Shown here piece by piece: positions 27,804 to 36,381 of a stretch of DNA of 64,000 nt; the first letter of the stretch is position 1, and each line of letters starts with the position of its first letter. The position numbers and the translations under genes were made by a program. The notes under the pieces were generated by a model. That model was not told the DNA's origin. It did not search any database and saw nothing but the letters and a program-made list of their open reading frames with translations. Origin of the DNA: Anaerolineales bacterium. GTDB lineage: Bacteria > Chloroflexota > Anaerolineae > Anaerolineales > UBA11579. The stretch is from positions 916,981 to 980,980 of the forward strand of contig JAHBVB010000002.1 of the NCBI GenBank assembly GCA_019637805.1. Reading direction: 5' to 3'.

Positions 27804-29177
27804 ATGCCCAAATACATCCCTGAGCCCTTTCGCATCAAAATGATGGAGCCTATCCGCCTGATTGACAGGGCCGCGCGCCAACGCGCCCTGCAGGAAGCGG
27901 GCTACAACGTTTTCGGTTTGCGTTCAGAAGATGTCTATATTGACCTGATGACCGATTCCGGCACAGGGGCAATGAGCCAGGAGCAATGGGCCGCCATGAT
28001 GACCGGTGATGAGGCCTATGCCGGCTCACGTTCCTACTACCGGCTCAAGGCCGCCATGGATGAGATCTTTGGCTTCAAGCATTTTGTGCCCACGCACCAG
28101 GGCCGGGCTGCCGAAAATATCCTGTGCGCGGTGCTGCTCAAACCCGGGCAGGCCGTGCCCTCCAACATGCATTTTGATACCACCGAGGGCAATATTCGCG
28201 CTCGCGGCGGCCTGCCCAACAATCTGGTCAATCAGATGGCTTACGATCCGCTGGCGCACGCCGACTTCAAAGGCAACATGGATCTGGAAGCGCTCGAAGC
28301 TTGGATCCAGGCCACCGGCGTGGAAAACATCCCCTTCGGCATGATCACCATTACCAACAACGCCGGCGGCGGCCAGCCGGTTTCGATGGCCAACCTGCGC
28401 GGCGTTTCGGAGATCTATCGCAAGTACCAGATCCCCTTCTTCATTGACGCCTGCCGCTTTGCGGAGAATGCCTACTTCATCAAACTGCGTGAGCCGGGCT
28501 ATGCGGACAAAAGCCCGCTGCAGATCGCCCAGGAGATGTTCTCCCTGGCAGACGGCGCCACGATGAGTGCCAAAAAAGACGGCATGGTCAATATTGGCGG
28601 CTTTCTGGCGCTCAACGACAGCGCGCTCTTCGAGCGCGTCAAAGCCGAATTGATCTTGCGCGAAGGTTTCCCCACCTACGGTGGTCTGGCCGGTCGCGAC
28701 TTGGACGCGCTGGCTACCGGCTTCTACGAGGCCCTGCAGGAAGACTACCTGGCCTACCGCCTGTCGCAGTCCGAGTATCTCTGCGCCCGCCTGCGTGAAG
28801 CGGGCGTGCCGATCGTGGAGCCGCCGGGCGCCCACGCCGTCTACCTGAACGCGGCTGAGCTGCTGTCGCATCTCAGCCGCGAAGAATTGCCCGGCCAGGC
28901 ACTCTCTATCGCCATGTACCTGGAAGGCGGCATCCGCGCCGTGGAGCTGGGCACGGTCGCCTTTGGCCAGTTCAAAGATGGGCAATGGGACTTCCCAGCC
29001 CTGGAAGTGGTGCGCATGGCCATCCCTCGCCGCACCTACACGCAGAGCCATTTAGACTACGTCGCCGACACCCTGGCTGAAATCAAAGCCAATGCCAAAC
29101 AGATCAAGGCCGTCAAAATGACCTACGCGCCGGAACTGCTGCGCCACTTTACCGCCCAATTTGAAATTGAGATTTGA
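27804..29177 (+). CDS. tnaA: Beta-eliminating lyase, tryptophanase/tyrosine phenol-lyase family (motifs closer to TnaA)
   Basis: EPFRIKMMEP, DLMTDSGTGAMS, THQGRAAE and the PLP lysine context MSAKKD. FDTTEGN, CRFAENAYFIK, IPRRTYTQSHLD and LLRHFTAQF match my recollection of E. coli TnaA better than Citrobacter TPL. Confidence 0.85.
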   Translation: MPKYIPEPFRIKMMEPIRLIDRAARQRALQEAGYNVFGLRSEDVYIDLMTDSGTGAMSQEQWAAMMTGDEAYAGSRSYYRLKAAMDEIFGFKHFVPTHQGRAAENILCAVLLKPGQAVPSNMHFDTTEGNIRARGGLPNNLVNQMAYDPLAHADFKGNMDLEALEAWIQATGVENIPFGMITITNNAGGGQPVSMANLRGVSEIYRKYQIPFFIDACRFAENAYFIKLREPGYADKSPLQIAQEMFSLADGATMSAKKDGMVNIGGFLALNDSALFERVKAELILREGFPTYGGLAGRDLDALATGFYEALQEDYLAYRLSQSEYLCARLREAGVPIVEPPGAHAVYLNAAELLSHLSREELPGQALSIAMYLEGGIRAVELGTVAFGQFKDGQWDFPALEVVRMAIPRRTYTQSHLDYVADTLAEIKANAKQIKAVKMTYAPELLRHFTAQFEIEI

Positions 29178-29203
29178 CCTTCCACGGAAGAGGAATCAAG
29201 TGC

Positions 29204-30328
29204 ATGAGCAAGAGCATTTTCCTAATCAATAACGATGGTTCTCTAATTGAATTGAACGAAGAGGGCTACGAATCAGAAGACCTTTTGCAGAGACTTTTGG
29301 CCGAGTACCCCAATTTGCTGCGCATGGACAATGACGAAGGAAAACCAACTAGATGGCTTTTAGTTAAACGGGAAATGGGAGTCCCCGACGACCAAAGCAT
29401 GAACAGATGGTCTTTGGACCACCTGTTCCTAGACTTAAAGGGAATCCCGACTCTTGTTGAAGTCAAACGGGCAACAGATACTCGCTCTCGAAGAGAAGTC
29501 GTCGCTCAAATGCTCGACTATGCTGCAAATGCAATCATCCATTGGCCAATTGAACGCATCCAAACTGAATTCGAAAAAACTGCGGGAAGTCTAGGAGCAG
29601 ATCCTGGGCAAGTGCTACAAAACTTCTTGGAAGAAAGTACTAGCCCAGAGGAATTCTGGAACGCCGTGAAAACCAACCTTCTTGCTGGCAAGATAAGGAT
29701 GCTCTTCGTCGCAGATGAGATCCAGAAGGAACTGAAAAGGATTATAGAATTTCTTAATGAACAAATGGACCCCGCTGAAGTTCTGGGAATAGAAATAAGG
29801 CAATTTTCAGGTGGAGGTGTCAAATCACTCGTACCCGAGCTAGTCGGGCAAACAATGATTTCAGAAATCCGAAAATCAGGCAACAGTAAACAGTGGGATG
29901 AAGAAAGCTTCTTTTCGACATTAGAGGAGCGAAACAACGAGAGGGAACTGAATCTGATTCGCAATCTCTACAATTGGGCGTTACAAAACAAGGTAAAAGT
30001 TATCTGGGGCAAGGGGAAAAGAACACCGACATTTACTCTATTCGATGAACGCGACAATAGGACTCTCCCCATATTTCGTATTTGGGCTTCAGAGATTACG
30101 TACTTAGAAATTCTGTTTGGCAGGTATGCCAAAGAAGTCACGGAGCTTATCACGCAGGAAAGCAGAAGAGACTTCGCTGACCGGATAACAGAAGCAACTG
30201 GAAAAAATTTCACAGACGACGAAATAGAAAAATATCCTAGCATTCATATTGCAACACTCAGCGAAAACCAAGTAAAAGATCTTCTAAAAGTATACGATTG
30301 GTATTTAAGCATCCTAAGGAAGTCTTAG
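29204..30328 (+). CDS. PD-(D/E)xK nuclease-like protein (NucS/DUF91- or Shedu-like core) with a long uncharacterised C-terminal region, on an AT-rich single-gene island
   Basis: The ATG at 29204 has the RBS GGAAGAGGA 9 nt upstream. The core reads KREMGV..SLDHLFLDLKGIPTLVEVKRATD..VVAQMLDY, an E..D..ExK..Q layout. GC is about 43% by hand count, against 57-70% in the flanks. Confidence 0.7.
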   Translation: MSKSIFLINNDGSLIELNEEGYESEDLLQRLLAEYPNLLRMDNDEGKPTRWLLVKREMGVPDDQSMNRWSLDHLFLDLKGIPTLVEVKRATDTRSRREVVAQMLDYAANAIIHWPIERIQTEFEKTAGSLGADPGQVLQNFLEESTSPEEFWNAVKTNLLAGKIRMLFVADEIQKELKRIIEFLNEQMDPAEVLGIEIRQFSGGGVKSLVPELVGQTMISEIRKSGNSKQWDEESFFSTLEERNNERELNLIRNLYNWALQNKVKVIWGKGKRTPTFTLFDERDNRTLPIFRIWASEITYLEILFGRYAKEVTELITQESRRDFADRITEATGKNFTDDEIEKYPSIHIATLSENQVKDLLKVYDWYLSILRKS

Positions 30329-31152
30329 TGAAAGATCACTTCAACGACCTCCTTGCTTGGCGCACGCAGCGTGAAGCCAGCTTGCGCGGCGAGTACAGCT
30401 GGCTGGCCCTGGCGGGTTTGGGCTGGCTGGAGGACGGCGCCAACTCCGTGGGCAGTGCCCCCGACAGTCGCGTACAGCTGCCGCCGCGCTTTCCCAGCCT
30501 GGCTGGCGTGCTGCACTTGCAGAACGGCGCAGCGGAACTGGAACCCGCCCCAGGCGTCGCCTGGCGGCTGGGGGAGCAACCGCCGCTCAGCGGCCGCAGC
30601 GCCGCGCTGCGCGATGACTCTGGCGGCCAGCCTGACCTGCTGTATTTGGACGACCTGCGCCTGGTAGTCATCGAGCGCGCCGGGCGCCTGGCGGCCCGCC
30701 TATGGGACCCGCAGCACCCCACCCGGCTCAACTTTCCTGGCTGCATCTGGTATCCGCCCGCGCCGGAGCTGCGCTTGCTGGCCCGGGTGGAACTCTACCA
30801 ACCACCCAAACCCGTACAAATTGTGCAAATCACCGGTGGTGAATACACCGCCCATATGCAAGCCACCCTGGCCTTCGAGATCGATGGCAAAACCCATCGC
30901 CTGGACGCGGAACAGATGCAGGATGGGCGCTATAACCTCATGTTTAGGGATACCACTGCCGGCAAAACCACTTACGGCGCTGGGCGTTTCCTGATCAGTG
31001 AGCAGCCTGCGGGCGATACAGTCATCCTCGACTTCAACTATGCCTACAGTCCACCCTGCGCCTTCACAGAATTTGCCACTTGTCCCCTGCCCGTGCCGCA
31101 AAACATCCTGCCCATCCCCATCGAAGCGGGCGAGCAAGCGACAGCGCACTAA
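30328..31152 (+). CDS. DUF1684 domain-containing protein
   Basis: The C-terminal signature DFNYAYSPPCAFTEFATCPLPVPQNILPIPIEAGE is what I associate with DUF1684. I chose the GTG at 30328 (TAGTG overlap with the upstream stop), where GC content jumps back to the host level. Confidence 0.7.
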   Translation: MKDHFNDLLAWRTQREASLRGEYSWLALAGLGWLEDGANSVGSAPDSRVQLPPRFPSLAGVLHLQNGAAELEPAPGVAWRLGEQPPLSGRSAALRDDSGGQPDLLYLDDLRLVVIERAGRLAARLWDPQHPTRLNFPGCIWYPPAPELRLLARVELYQPPKPVQIVQITGGEYTAHMQATLAFEIDGKTHRLDAEQMQDGRYNLMFRDTTAGKTTYGAGRFLISEQPAGDTVILDFNYAYSPPCAFTEFATCPLPVPQNILPIPIEAGEQATAH

Positions 31153-31179
31153 GTAGATAAAGCCGCCGGTTGTTATAAA

Positions 31180-31551
31180 CTAGAGCACCAAGAACCAACA
31201 AACCAGCGCCAAGAGCAAGGCTATCGGGGTCATCAGATTGCGCTCAGGCTTGCTGCGAGAGATTGCATTCATCAGCACACCCAGAGTGAAGTAGGCGGCC
31301 AGCGCCCAAATCGCCCAACCAGGCAGGTCAAACCCGGGTGAGACCAGACCGACCTGTGCCAATATCACCAGGGCGAACAAAGCATACAGCCCGATCGAGA
31401 TTAAACTGCCTGCACGCAGATTGGCTGGCAGCACTTCGTGCTGGCCGCCCCAGGCAAAGCGCCCTAAAGGGCGCCCGACAACCAGCAGGAGTTGAAAAAC
31501 GGCCAGCCCAGCCAGGATCAAAACAGCCAAATAAGCAAAAGTGGTTTCCAT
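31180..31551 (-). CDS. Hypothetical 4-TM membrane protein
   Basis: 123 aa with four hydrophobic helices. I recognise no family. Confidence 0.55.
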   Translation of the reverse strand: METTFAYLAVLILAGLAVFQLLLVVGRPLGRFAWGGQHEVLPANLRAGSLISIGLYALFALVILAQVGLVSPGFDLPGWAIWALAAYFTLGVLMNAISRSKPERNLMTPIALLLALVCWFLVL

Positions 31552-31579
31552 GAGCAGATTTTACTTCAGGCGAGATCGC

Positions 31580-31618
31580 AAAAAAAAAACAGGCTGCCGA
31601 TTGGCAGCCTGTTTTTTT
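31580..31618. terminator. Bidirectional intrinsic terminator
   Basis: A10-CAGGCTGCCgattGGCAGCCTG-T7. It lies 15 nt downstream of the stop of the 702-aa gene. Confidence 0.88.
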
Positions 31619-31632
31619 GAAGTACTCATCTT

Positions 31633-33741
31633 TTATCTAACGACTTTGAACTCAGTATAGTGGTAGTTGATCACCCGGGGTCCGCTATCGCTCACCCGGA
31701 TCATGTCCTTGCCATTGAGCACCTTGCTCTTCTTTCCTTGTGCAGTCCATTCGATGTTGTAGAAGTTGCCGTTCTGAGTCACCTTGGTGGGGGTAAAGGT
31801 GGCGCCGGGCAGCTTGTTGTTGAACAAGCGAATGTACCAATTGGCGATCGCCTTGGTGCCGCTGAAAGCACGCTCCTCAGCCACCAGCTTGCTGGTGCTG
31901 CTGTACAAGGCGGCTGCCTGGTTGGCATTGGCTTTGTTCAAGGCGGCAAAGTACTGGTCCACAACGCCCCCGTTGGGTGCCGGCAGGGCCTGCTGCTGTT
32001 CGGGAGACAGCATGGGCTTCAGATACGGACGGGCGTCCACCAATGGGATGGGCGGTGCGGTTTCCATCTTCCAGTTGGTGTAGTACTCCGGTCCGCGCGT
32101 GGTGGTGTAAACCAGCGCGATCCAGCGGCCCTCGCCAATCTTGCCCCACACGCTGGAACCCTGCGGGCGATACTCGGTGACCGTGGCGGTCTGTCCCTTG
32201 GTCATGCGGTCCACAATCGGGTTGTGCGTGCCGGGCGCCTTGCGCACATTCAGCCGGTCAGAAATCACCACGGTGGCCTTGAACGGCAATGCCGGGAAGA
32301 ACTCCACGCGCTCCTTGGGGACCCAACCGGCGCCCGGGCGGCCCAGGTTGGGGAACACCAGGTCCCGGCCGGTCGTCTTGAGCAGGCTGCCATCTTTGCC
32401 CACCGCGGTGAACGCACTCACCAGCCAGGGAGTGTCTTCGTAGTTCAGTTGGGCAGGCGCCGGCGGGGCGGATTGGAAATCCACCAAGCGCAGGCGCACT
32501 GATCCGGACTTCTCCTCCACAACCTCATACACGTTGCCCGTGGCGCCAATTGCCTCGGCCACAGTATCGCCGTTGTAATTGGCCAGGTTGGCAGGGAAAG
32601 GGCTCTGGTTGTTGCGTGGGTTGAACAGGCCGGCCGCAATGCGCTCCAAATGCGTGTACTGCTGCGGGTTGGAAGCCCGCAGGAATTGCGCCCAGGCACG
32701 CGAATAAGCATAGGCGCCGTCGCCACCGTTGGGGTTGGTCCAATGGGCTACCACAGCCGGGTAGCTGTCCAGCGAAAAGGCCGCGTTCCAGTCCGAGCGC
32801 TCCATGCGGGAGCGAACGCGCTTGCCGGTGACCGGGTCGGTCATCCACTGCTTGTCATGCTTCAAACGAATATAGATCGTCTTGGAGCTGGGTTCAGGTT
32901 GCGGTTGAGGTTCAGGTTGCGGTTGAGGTTCAGGTTGCGGCTGCGGTTCCGGCTGAGGCTCGGGTTGCGGCTCAGGCTGGGGGTTCACCCCGCCCCACTG
33001 AAAGGCCTGCACGGCCGCGTACAACTTGCCCCCATCCAGCAGCGCGTTGCTCCACTCCCAGAAATTGGCTCCCGGCAAGCCCATGGCACGCGCTTCATTG
33101 AGGAACTCGGTGATCTCCGCCGGTTTGGCGCGCCAGCCCTGCTCACCATAAGCAGAGCCGCAGGGCACAATGGTCATATTGGGCTTCAGGGCGCGATACT
33201 CCTGCACGCAGCGCCGCAGCTGCTGGGCCGCATTGGTGGCGCCCTGCCAGTACACGCCAGGCATATTGAAATCACAAAAATCCAAAAAGGTCTTGAACGG
33301 AAATGGCGCGTGCAGTGTGGGGAAACGATAGCTGATCAGCGCCACCGGCGTATTGGGCAGTTCCTGCTTCAAGCGCTGCATGTACTTCTTGGCCACGTTG
33401 GTCATGCCCGCCGCCTTGAACTCATGCTCGGCATTCACGACGAAACCGGCCAGACCCAGCTGCTTGGTTAGCGTGGCCGCCGTGCGCGCCTCGGCCTCTG
33501 CATCCCTGCCGTAGACATACTGCCAGCCCCAGGCCTTGATGCCGCGTGCTTTCAACAGCGGCACCAGGGCCGCGCCCATATCTACGCCATTGGTAATGTT
33601 GTAGCGATACTGCCCATCAGCAATCTTGATCACCACGTGGGTAAGCCCATCCGCCTTGGCGCGGTCGGCGATCTTGACCACATCGCCGCCGTAGACGTCA
33701 CGGACCTTCCAAATGTACATGCCTTTGCCAGTTATAGCCAT
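31633..33741 (-). CDS. Multidomain putative cell-wall hydrolase/binding protein: TIM-barrel glycoside-hydrolase-like N-domain, Pro/Glu/Gln linker, unknown middle domain, SH3b-like domain, NTF2/SnoaL-like C-domain
   Basis: There is no signal peptide (MAITGKGMYIWKVRDV). The N-terminal 250 aa resemble lysin-type GH-like barrels (GLTHVVIKIADG, GFVVNAEHE). The linker is PQPEPQPEPQ. An SH3b-like segment follows (LNVRKAPGTHNPIVDRMTKGQTATV..WGKI..GWI). The C-terminus is NTF2-like (VDQYFAALNKANANQAAALY). Confidence 0.6.
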   Translation of the reverse strand: MAITGKGMYIWKVRDVYGGDVVKIADRAKADGLTHVVIKIADGQYRYNITNGVDMGAALVPLLKARGIKAWGWQYVYGRDAEAEARTAATLTKQLGLAGFVVNAEHEFKAAGMTNVAKKYMQRLKQELPNTPVALISYRFPTLHAPFPFKTFLDFCDFNMPGVYWQGATNAAQQLRRCVQEYRALKPNMTIVPCGSAYGEQGWRAKPAEITEFLNEARAMGLPGANFWEWSNALLDGGKLYAAVQAFQWGGVNPQPEPQPEPQPEPQPQPEPQPQPEPQPQPEPSSKTIYIRLKHDKQWMTDPVTGKRVRSRMERSDWNAAFSLDSYPAVVAHWTNPNGGDGAYAYSRAWAQFLRASNPQQYTHLERIAAGLFNPRNNQSPFPANLANYNGDTVAEAIGATGNVYEVVEEKSGSVRLRLVDFQSAPPAPAQLNYEDTPWLVSAFTAVGKDGSLLKTTGRDLVFPNLGRPGAGWVPKERVEFFPALPFKATVVISDRLNVRKAPGTHNPIVDRMTKGQTATVTEYRPQGSSVWGKIGEGRWIALVYTTTRGPEYYTNWKMETAPPIPLVDARPYLKPMLSPEQQQALPAPNGGVVDQYFAALNKANANQAAALYSSTSKLVAEERAFSGTKAIANWYIRLFNNKLPGATFTPTKVTQNGNFYNIEWTAQGKKSKVLNGKDMIRVSDSGPRVINYHYTEFKVVR
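32890..32985 (-). repeat. Imperfect tandem hexanucleotide/18-mer repeat encoding the (PEPQ)n interdomain linker
   Basis: The plus strand reads ggttcaggttgcggttgaggttcaggttgcggttgaggttcaggttgcggctgcggttccggctgaggctcgggttgcggctcagg. This encodes aa 253-284, NPQPEPQPEPQPEPQPQPEPQPQPEPQPQPEP. Confidence 0.85.
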
Positions 33742-33900
33742 TACAGCCTCCAGATCATGCCAGGTCGCTAGGGAGTGGTTGAAAGCGATGGCACACGCCT
33801 CTTTGATTGCAGGTTTTATGCCAACTTATGGGGAATCCTAGGCGTATAGATAGCAGAAAAGTGCTGGACCTCGCATAAGGAGCAGCTGCTTGTCAAGCAA

Positions 33901-33935
33901 AAAGAAAAGGCCAGCCCTCATGCGGCTGGCCTTTT
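33901..33935. terminator. Intrinsic terminator downstream of the yabN/mazG gene (hairpin with flanking A/T tracts)
   Basis: aaagaaaaGGCCAGCCctcatgcGGCTGGCCtttt. It lies 23 nt below the stop at 33958. Confidence 0.8.
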
Positions 33936-33957
33936 CTAATAAGGACTTGGGCTGGGC

Positions 33958-35424
33958 TCAGGTCTTTTTCAAAATCTGCTTGGCCTCATCCCAAAGCGCG
34001 TCCATCTCCTGCAAGCTCATCTCACTCAACTGCCTCCCCTGGCTGCGAGCGCCCTGCTCCACATAGGCAAATCGCTCCCGAAAACGGGCGTTGGCGGCGC
34101 GCAAAGCCGCTTCGGGATCGATCTTCAGCCAGCGCGCCAGGTTCACCCAGGCGAACAGCACATCGCCGTACTCGGCTTCGCGGTCCTCGGGCGTTTCTGC
34201 TTCTTCGAATTCGCGCATCTCTTCGGCCACATCGCCCTGCACGCCCTCCAGATTGGGCCACTCAAAGCCCACCCGCGCCGCACGGGCCGTGTAGGCTTCC
34301 GCCTGGCTTAGCGCGGGCAGCGCCACCGAGACGCCGTCCAAGATGCCGCGCTGCGTGCCTTGGGCCGCCCGCTCGCCCGCTTTGATCTGTTCCCAATTGG
34401 CAATCACGGTCTCGGCGTCTTCAGCCTGCACATCCCCAAACACATGCGGATGGCGGTGGATCAGTTTGCTGATGATGCCGTGCAGCACATCACTCATCCG
34501 GAATTCGCCATCTTCGGTGGCGATCTGGGCGTGCAGCACCACCTGCACCAGCAGGTCACCAAACTCTTCCTGCATGGCAGCTGGGTCTTCCTGGTCCAGG
34601 GCTGCCAGTACTTCATAGGCTTCTTCGATCAGATTACGGCGCAGGCTGAGGTGAGTTTGTTCGCGGTCCCAGGGGCAGCCTTCGGGCGCGCGCAAATGTG
34701 CGATCAATTCCTGGAATTCTTCAAAAGAGGTGTTTGGTCCCAGCGCGGGCACATACAAGGCGGTCAGCACGCCAATCTGCTCGCTGTGGTCAATGGCGTG
34801 CAGTGGCAGCTCCTCCACCAGCTCGTCGGCCGTCCCCGCCGCATGCACCAGCCGCACCGCATGCTCATCGGGGTATTGGGCCATCAGGGTGATCTTCAGG
34901 TCACCGGCCACCTGCCGCGAATAAACCTGGGCCACCAAAGCCGGCGCGTGCGGCGGAAACAGGGGATGGTGCTGCTCCAACACATCCAGGGCATCTACAA
35001 TGCTCAGCTGCGGCAGCAGGTCCTCCCCCAGCACCGCCAGCAACGGCTCCACGAAACTGAGGCCCTGCACGATCCGCACGGGAATGCCCGCCTGGCGCGC
35101 CCGCCGGGCGATTTCCGGAGCAGTGGTCTCCGCCACAAAAGGCGCACCCGGCACGGCATACACCACCCCACCTGGGCGGGCGCCCAGCTCCAGCACCTCA
35201 GACACGATCCGCGCATACACAGTCTCAAACTGCGCTTCGCTCTCATAGATATGATCAAAGCTGTGCACTTTGAGGCTGGCCGGGAAAGCGGACACCAGCG
35301 GATGCCGGCTGGTCCGCAGGTACACTTCCGGCACGCTGTTCAGCACATCCCAGGCTTCGCGTGTGATCTGTTTGGGGTTGCCGGGGCCAAGCCCCAACAG
35401 GGTAATGCCAGTCAATTCAGGCAT
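33958..35424 (-). CDS. YabN-type fusion: tetrapyrrole-methylase-like domain plus MazG nucleoside triphosphate pyrophosphohydrolase
   Basis: The N-terminus ITLLGLGPGNPKQITREAW is TP_methylase-like. The C-terminal half has tandem MazG EExxE motifs (LIEEAYEVL, EFGDLL, EEMREFEEA, EYGDVLF). Confidence 0.85.
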   Translation of the reverse strand: MPELTGITLLGLGPGNPKQITREAWDVLNSVPEVYLRTSRHPLVSAFPASLKVHSFDHIYESEAQFETVYARIVSEVLELGARPGGVVYAVPGAPFVAETTAPEIARRARQAGIPVRIVQGLSFVEPLLAVLGEDLLPQLSIVDALDVLEQHHPLFPPHAPALVAQVYSRQVAGDLKITLMAQYPDEHAVRLVHAAGTADELVEELPLHAIDHSEQIGVLTALYVPALGPNTSFEEFQELIAHLRAPEGCPWDREQTHLSLRRNLIEEAYEVLAALDQEDPAAMQEEFGDLLVQVVLHAQIATEDGEFRMSDVLHGIISKLIHRHPHVFGDVQAEDAETVIANWEQIKAGERAAQGTQRGILDGVSVALPALSQAEAYTARAARVGFEWPNLEGVQGDVAEEMREFEEAETPEDREAEYGDVLFAWVNLARWLKIDPEAALRAANARFRERFAYVEQGARSQGRQLSEMSLQEMDALWDEAKQILKKT

Positions 35425-35473
35425 GCTGCCTCCATTGCAAGTGGCGCAATTCTACTGCACCGTCAGGACAAAG

Positions 35474-35503
35474 AAAAACCGCAGCCGGTTTGGCTGCGGT
35501 TTT
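35474..35503. terminator. Intrinsic terminator ending the ribosomal super-operon (after rpsI)
   Basis: aaaaaCCGCAGCCggtttGGCTGCGGtttt. It lies 19 nt below the rpsI stop. Confidence 0.85.
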
Positions 35504-35521
35504 GTTCTGAGAAGTGAAAAC

Positions 35522-35914
35522 TTAGCGCTTGGTATAAGTAGGCGCCTTGCGGGCACGCTTGAGGCCCGGCTTCTTGCGCTCTTTGGCACGCGGGTCACGG
35601 CGCAGATGGCCGTTCTTGGCCATCGGGTCGTGCCACTCGGGGTTCATCCCGGCCAGCGCACGCGCCAGGCCCATGCGCACCGCGCCGGTCTGCCCGGTGC
35701 GGCCGCCGCCGCGCACCATCACGCTGACATCTACACTGCCAGCCGCCGCAGCGTCGCCCAGCACATCCAAGATCGTCTTGGAATCGCCCAGGCGGGAGAA
35801 GTACTCATCCAACGCTTTGCCATTAACAATGAACGCACCTGCGCCGCTGCTGACCCGTACCCGAGCAGTGCTGGTCTTGCGACGGCCAATGCCTTCGTAA
35901 TATTGTCCTGCCAT
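35522..35914 (-). CDS. rpsI: 30S ribosomal protein S9
   Basis: GIGRRKTSTARVRV and the C-terminal RKAPTYTKR. Confidence 0.96.
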   Translation of the reverse strand: MAGQYYEGIGRRKTSTARVRVSSGAGAFIVNGKALDEYFSRLGDSKTILDVLGDAAAAGSVDVSVMVRGGGRTGQTGAVRMGLARALAGMNPEWHDPMAKNGHLRRDPRAKERKKPGLKRARKAPTYTKR

Positions 35915-35927
35915 CGTTACTCCTATC

Positions 35928-36368
35928 CTACTCGAACGTCAGAGCCTGGGGCTTCTGCGGGTCGTGGGGATGCTGCGGACCGGCATACACCTTAAGCTTC
36001 TTGATCAGTTTGCGACCCAGTTTGTTGTGCGGCAGCATGCCGCGCACTGCGCTCTCGATCACGCGCTCTGGGTGTGTGGCCAGCATGTGCTTCAGGCTGG
36101 TCTCTTTCAGACCGCCCGGGTAGCCCGTATGGCGATAATAGATCTTGTCCACCAACTTAGCGCCGGTAACCGCCACGCGTTCGCAGTTGGTCACCACCAC
36201 AAAGTCGCCCAGATCCACACCAGGGGTGTATTCCGGGCGGTGCTTGCCCAGCAGTACGCGGGCAATGCGAGTGGCCAGGCGGCCCAGGTTCTGGCCGTTG
36301 GCATCTACGTGGTACCACTGGCCGGAAATTTCAGCGGCCTTCGGATAATAGCTTTTTTGCATCATCAA
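35928..36368 (-). CDS. rplM: 50S ribosomal protein L13
   Basis: [26 protein letters not shown]. Confidence 0.96.
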   Translation of the reverse strand: MMMQKSYYPKAAEISGQWYHVDANGQNLGRLATRIARVLLGKHRPEYTPGVDLGDFVVVTNCERVAVTGAKLVDKIYYRHTGYPGGLKETSLKHMLATHPERVIESAVRGMLPHNKLGRKLIKKLKVYAGPQHPHDPQKPQALTFE

Positions 36369-36381
36369 ACCTTCACAGTTC

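Noticed and set aside
29178-30330. Classifying the AT-rich gene as a mobile element (IS, integrative island or prophage remnant)
   Set aside because: I could see no transposase or integrase, no terminal inverted repeats, no direct repeats and no tRNA target at the borders. Only the compositional anomaly supports foreign origin, so it is reported as a CDS plus a finding and not as a mobile_element.
32890-32985. Tandem GGTTSMGG-type repeats considered as a possible CRISPR, VNTR or non-coding repeat
   Set aside because: The repeats are in frame inside a long ORF and encode a Pro/Glu/Gln interdomain linker. There are no unique spacers.
33742-33900. The roughly 150-nt leader of the lysin-like gene considered as a c-di-AMP (ydaO-type) riboswitch, since these often control wall hydrolases
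   Set aside because: I could not find the conserved ydaO core blocks I remember (GGGGACCCA, GGGGUGAAUC, CAGCUAACC) or its pseudo-twofold symmetry. An Rfam scan would be needed to exclude other motifs.
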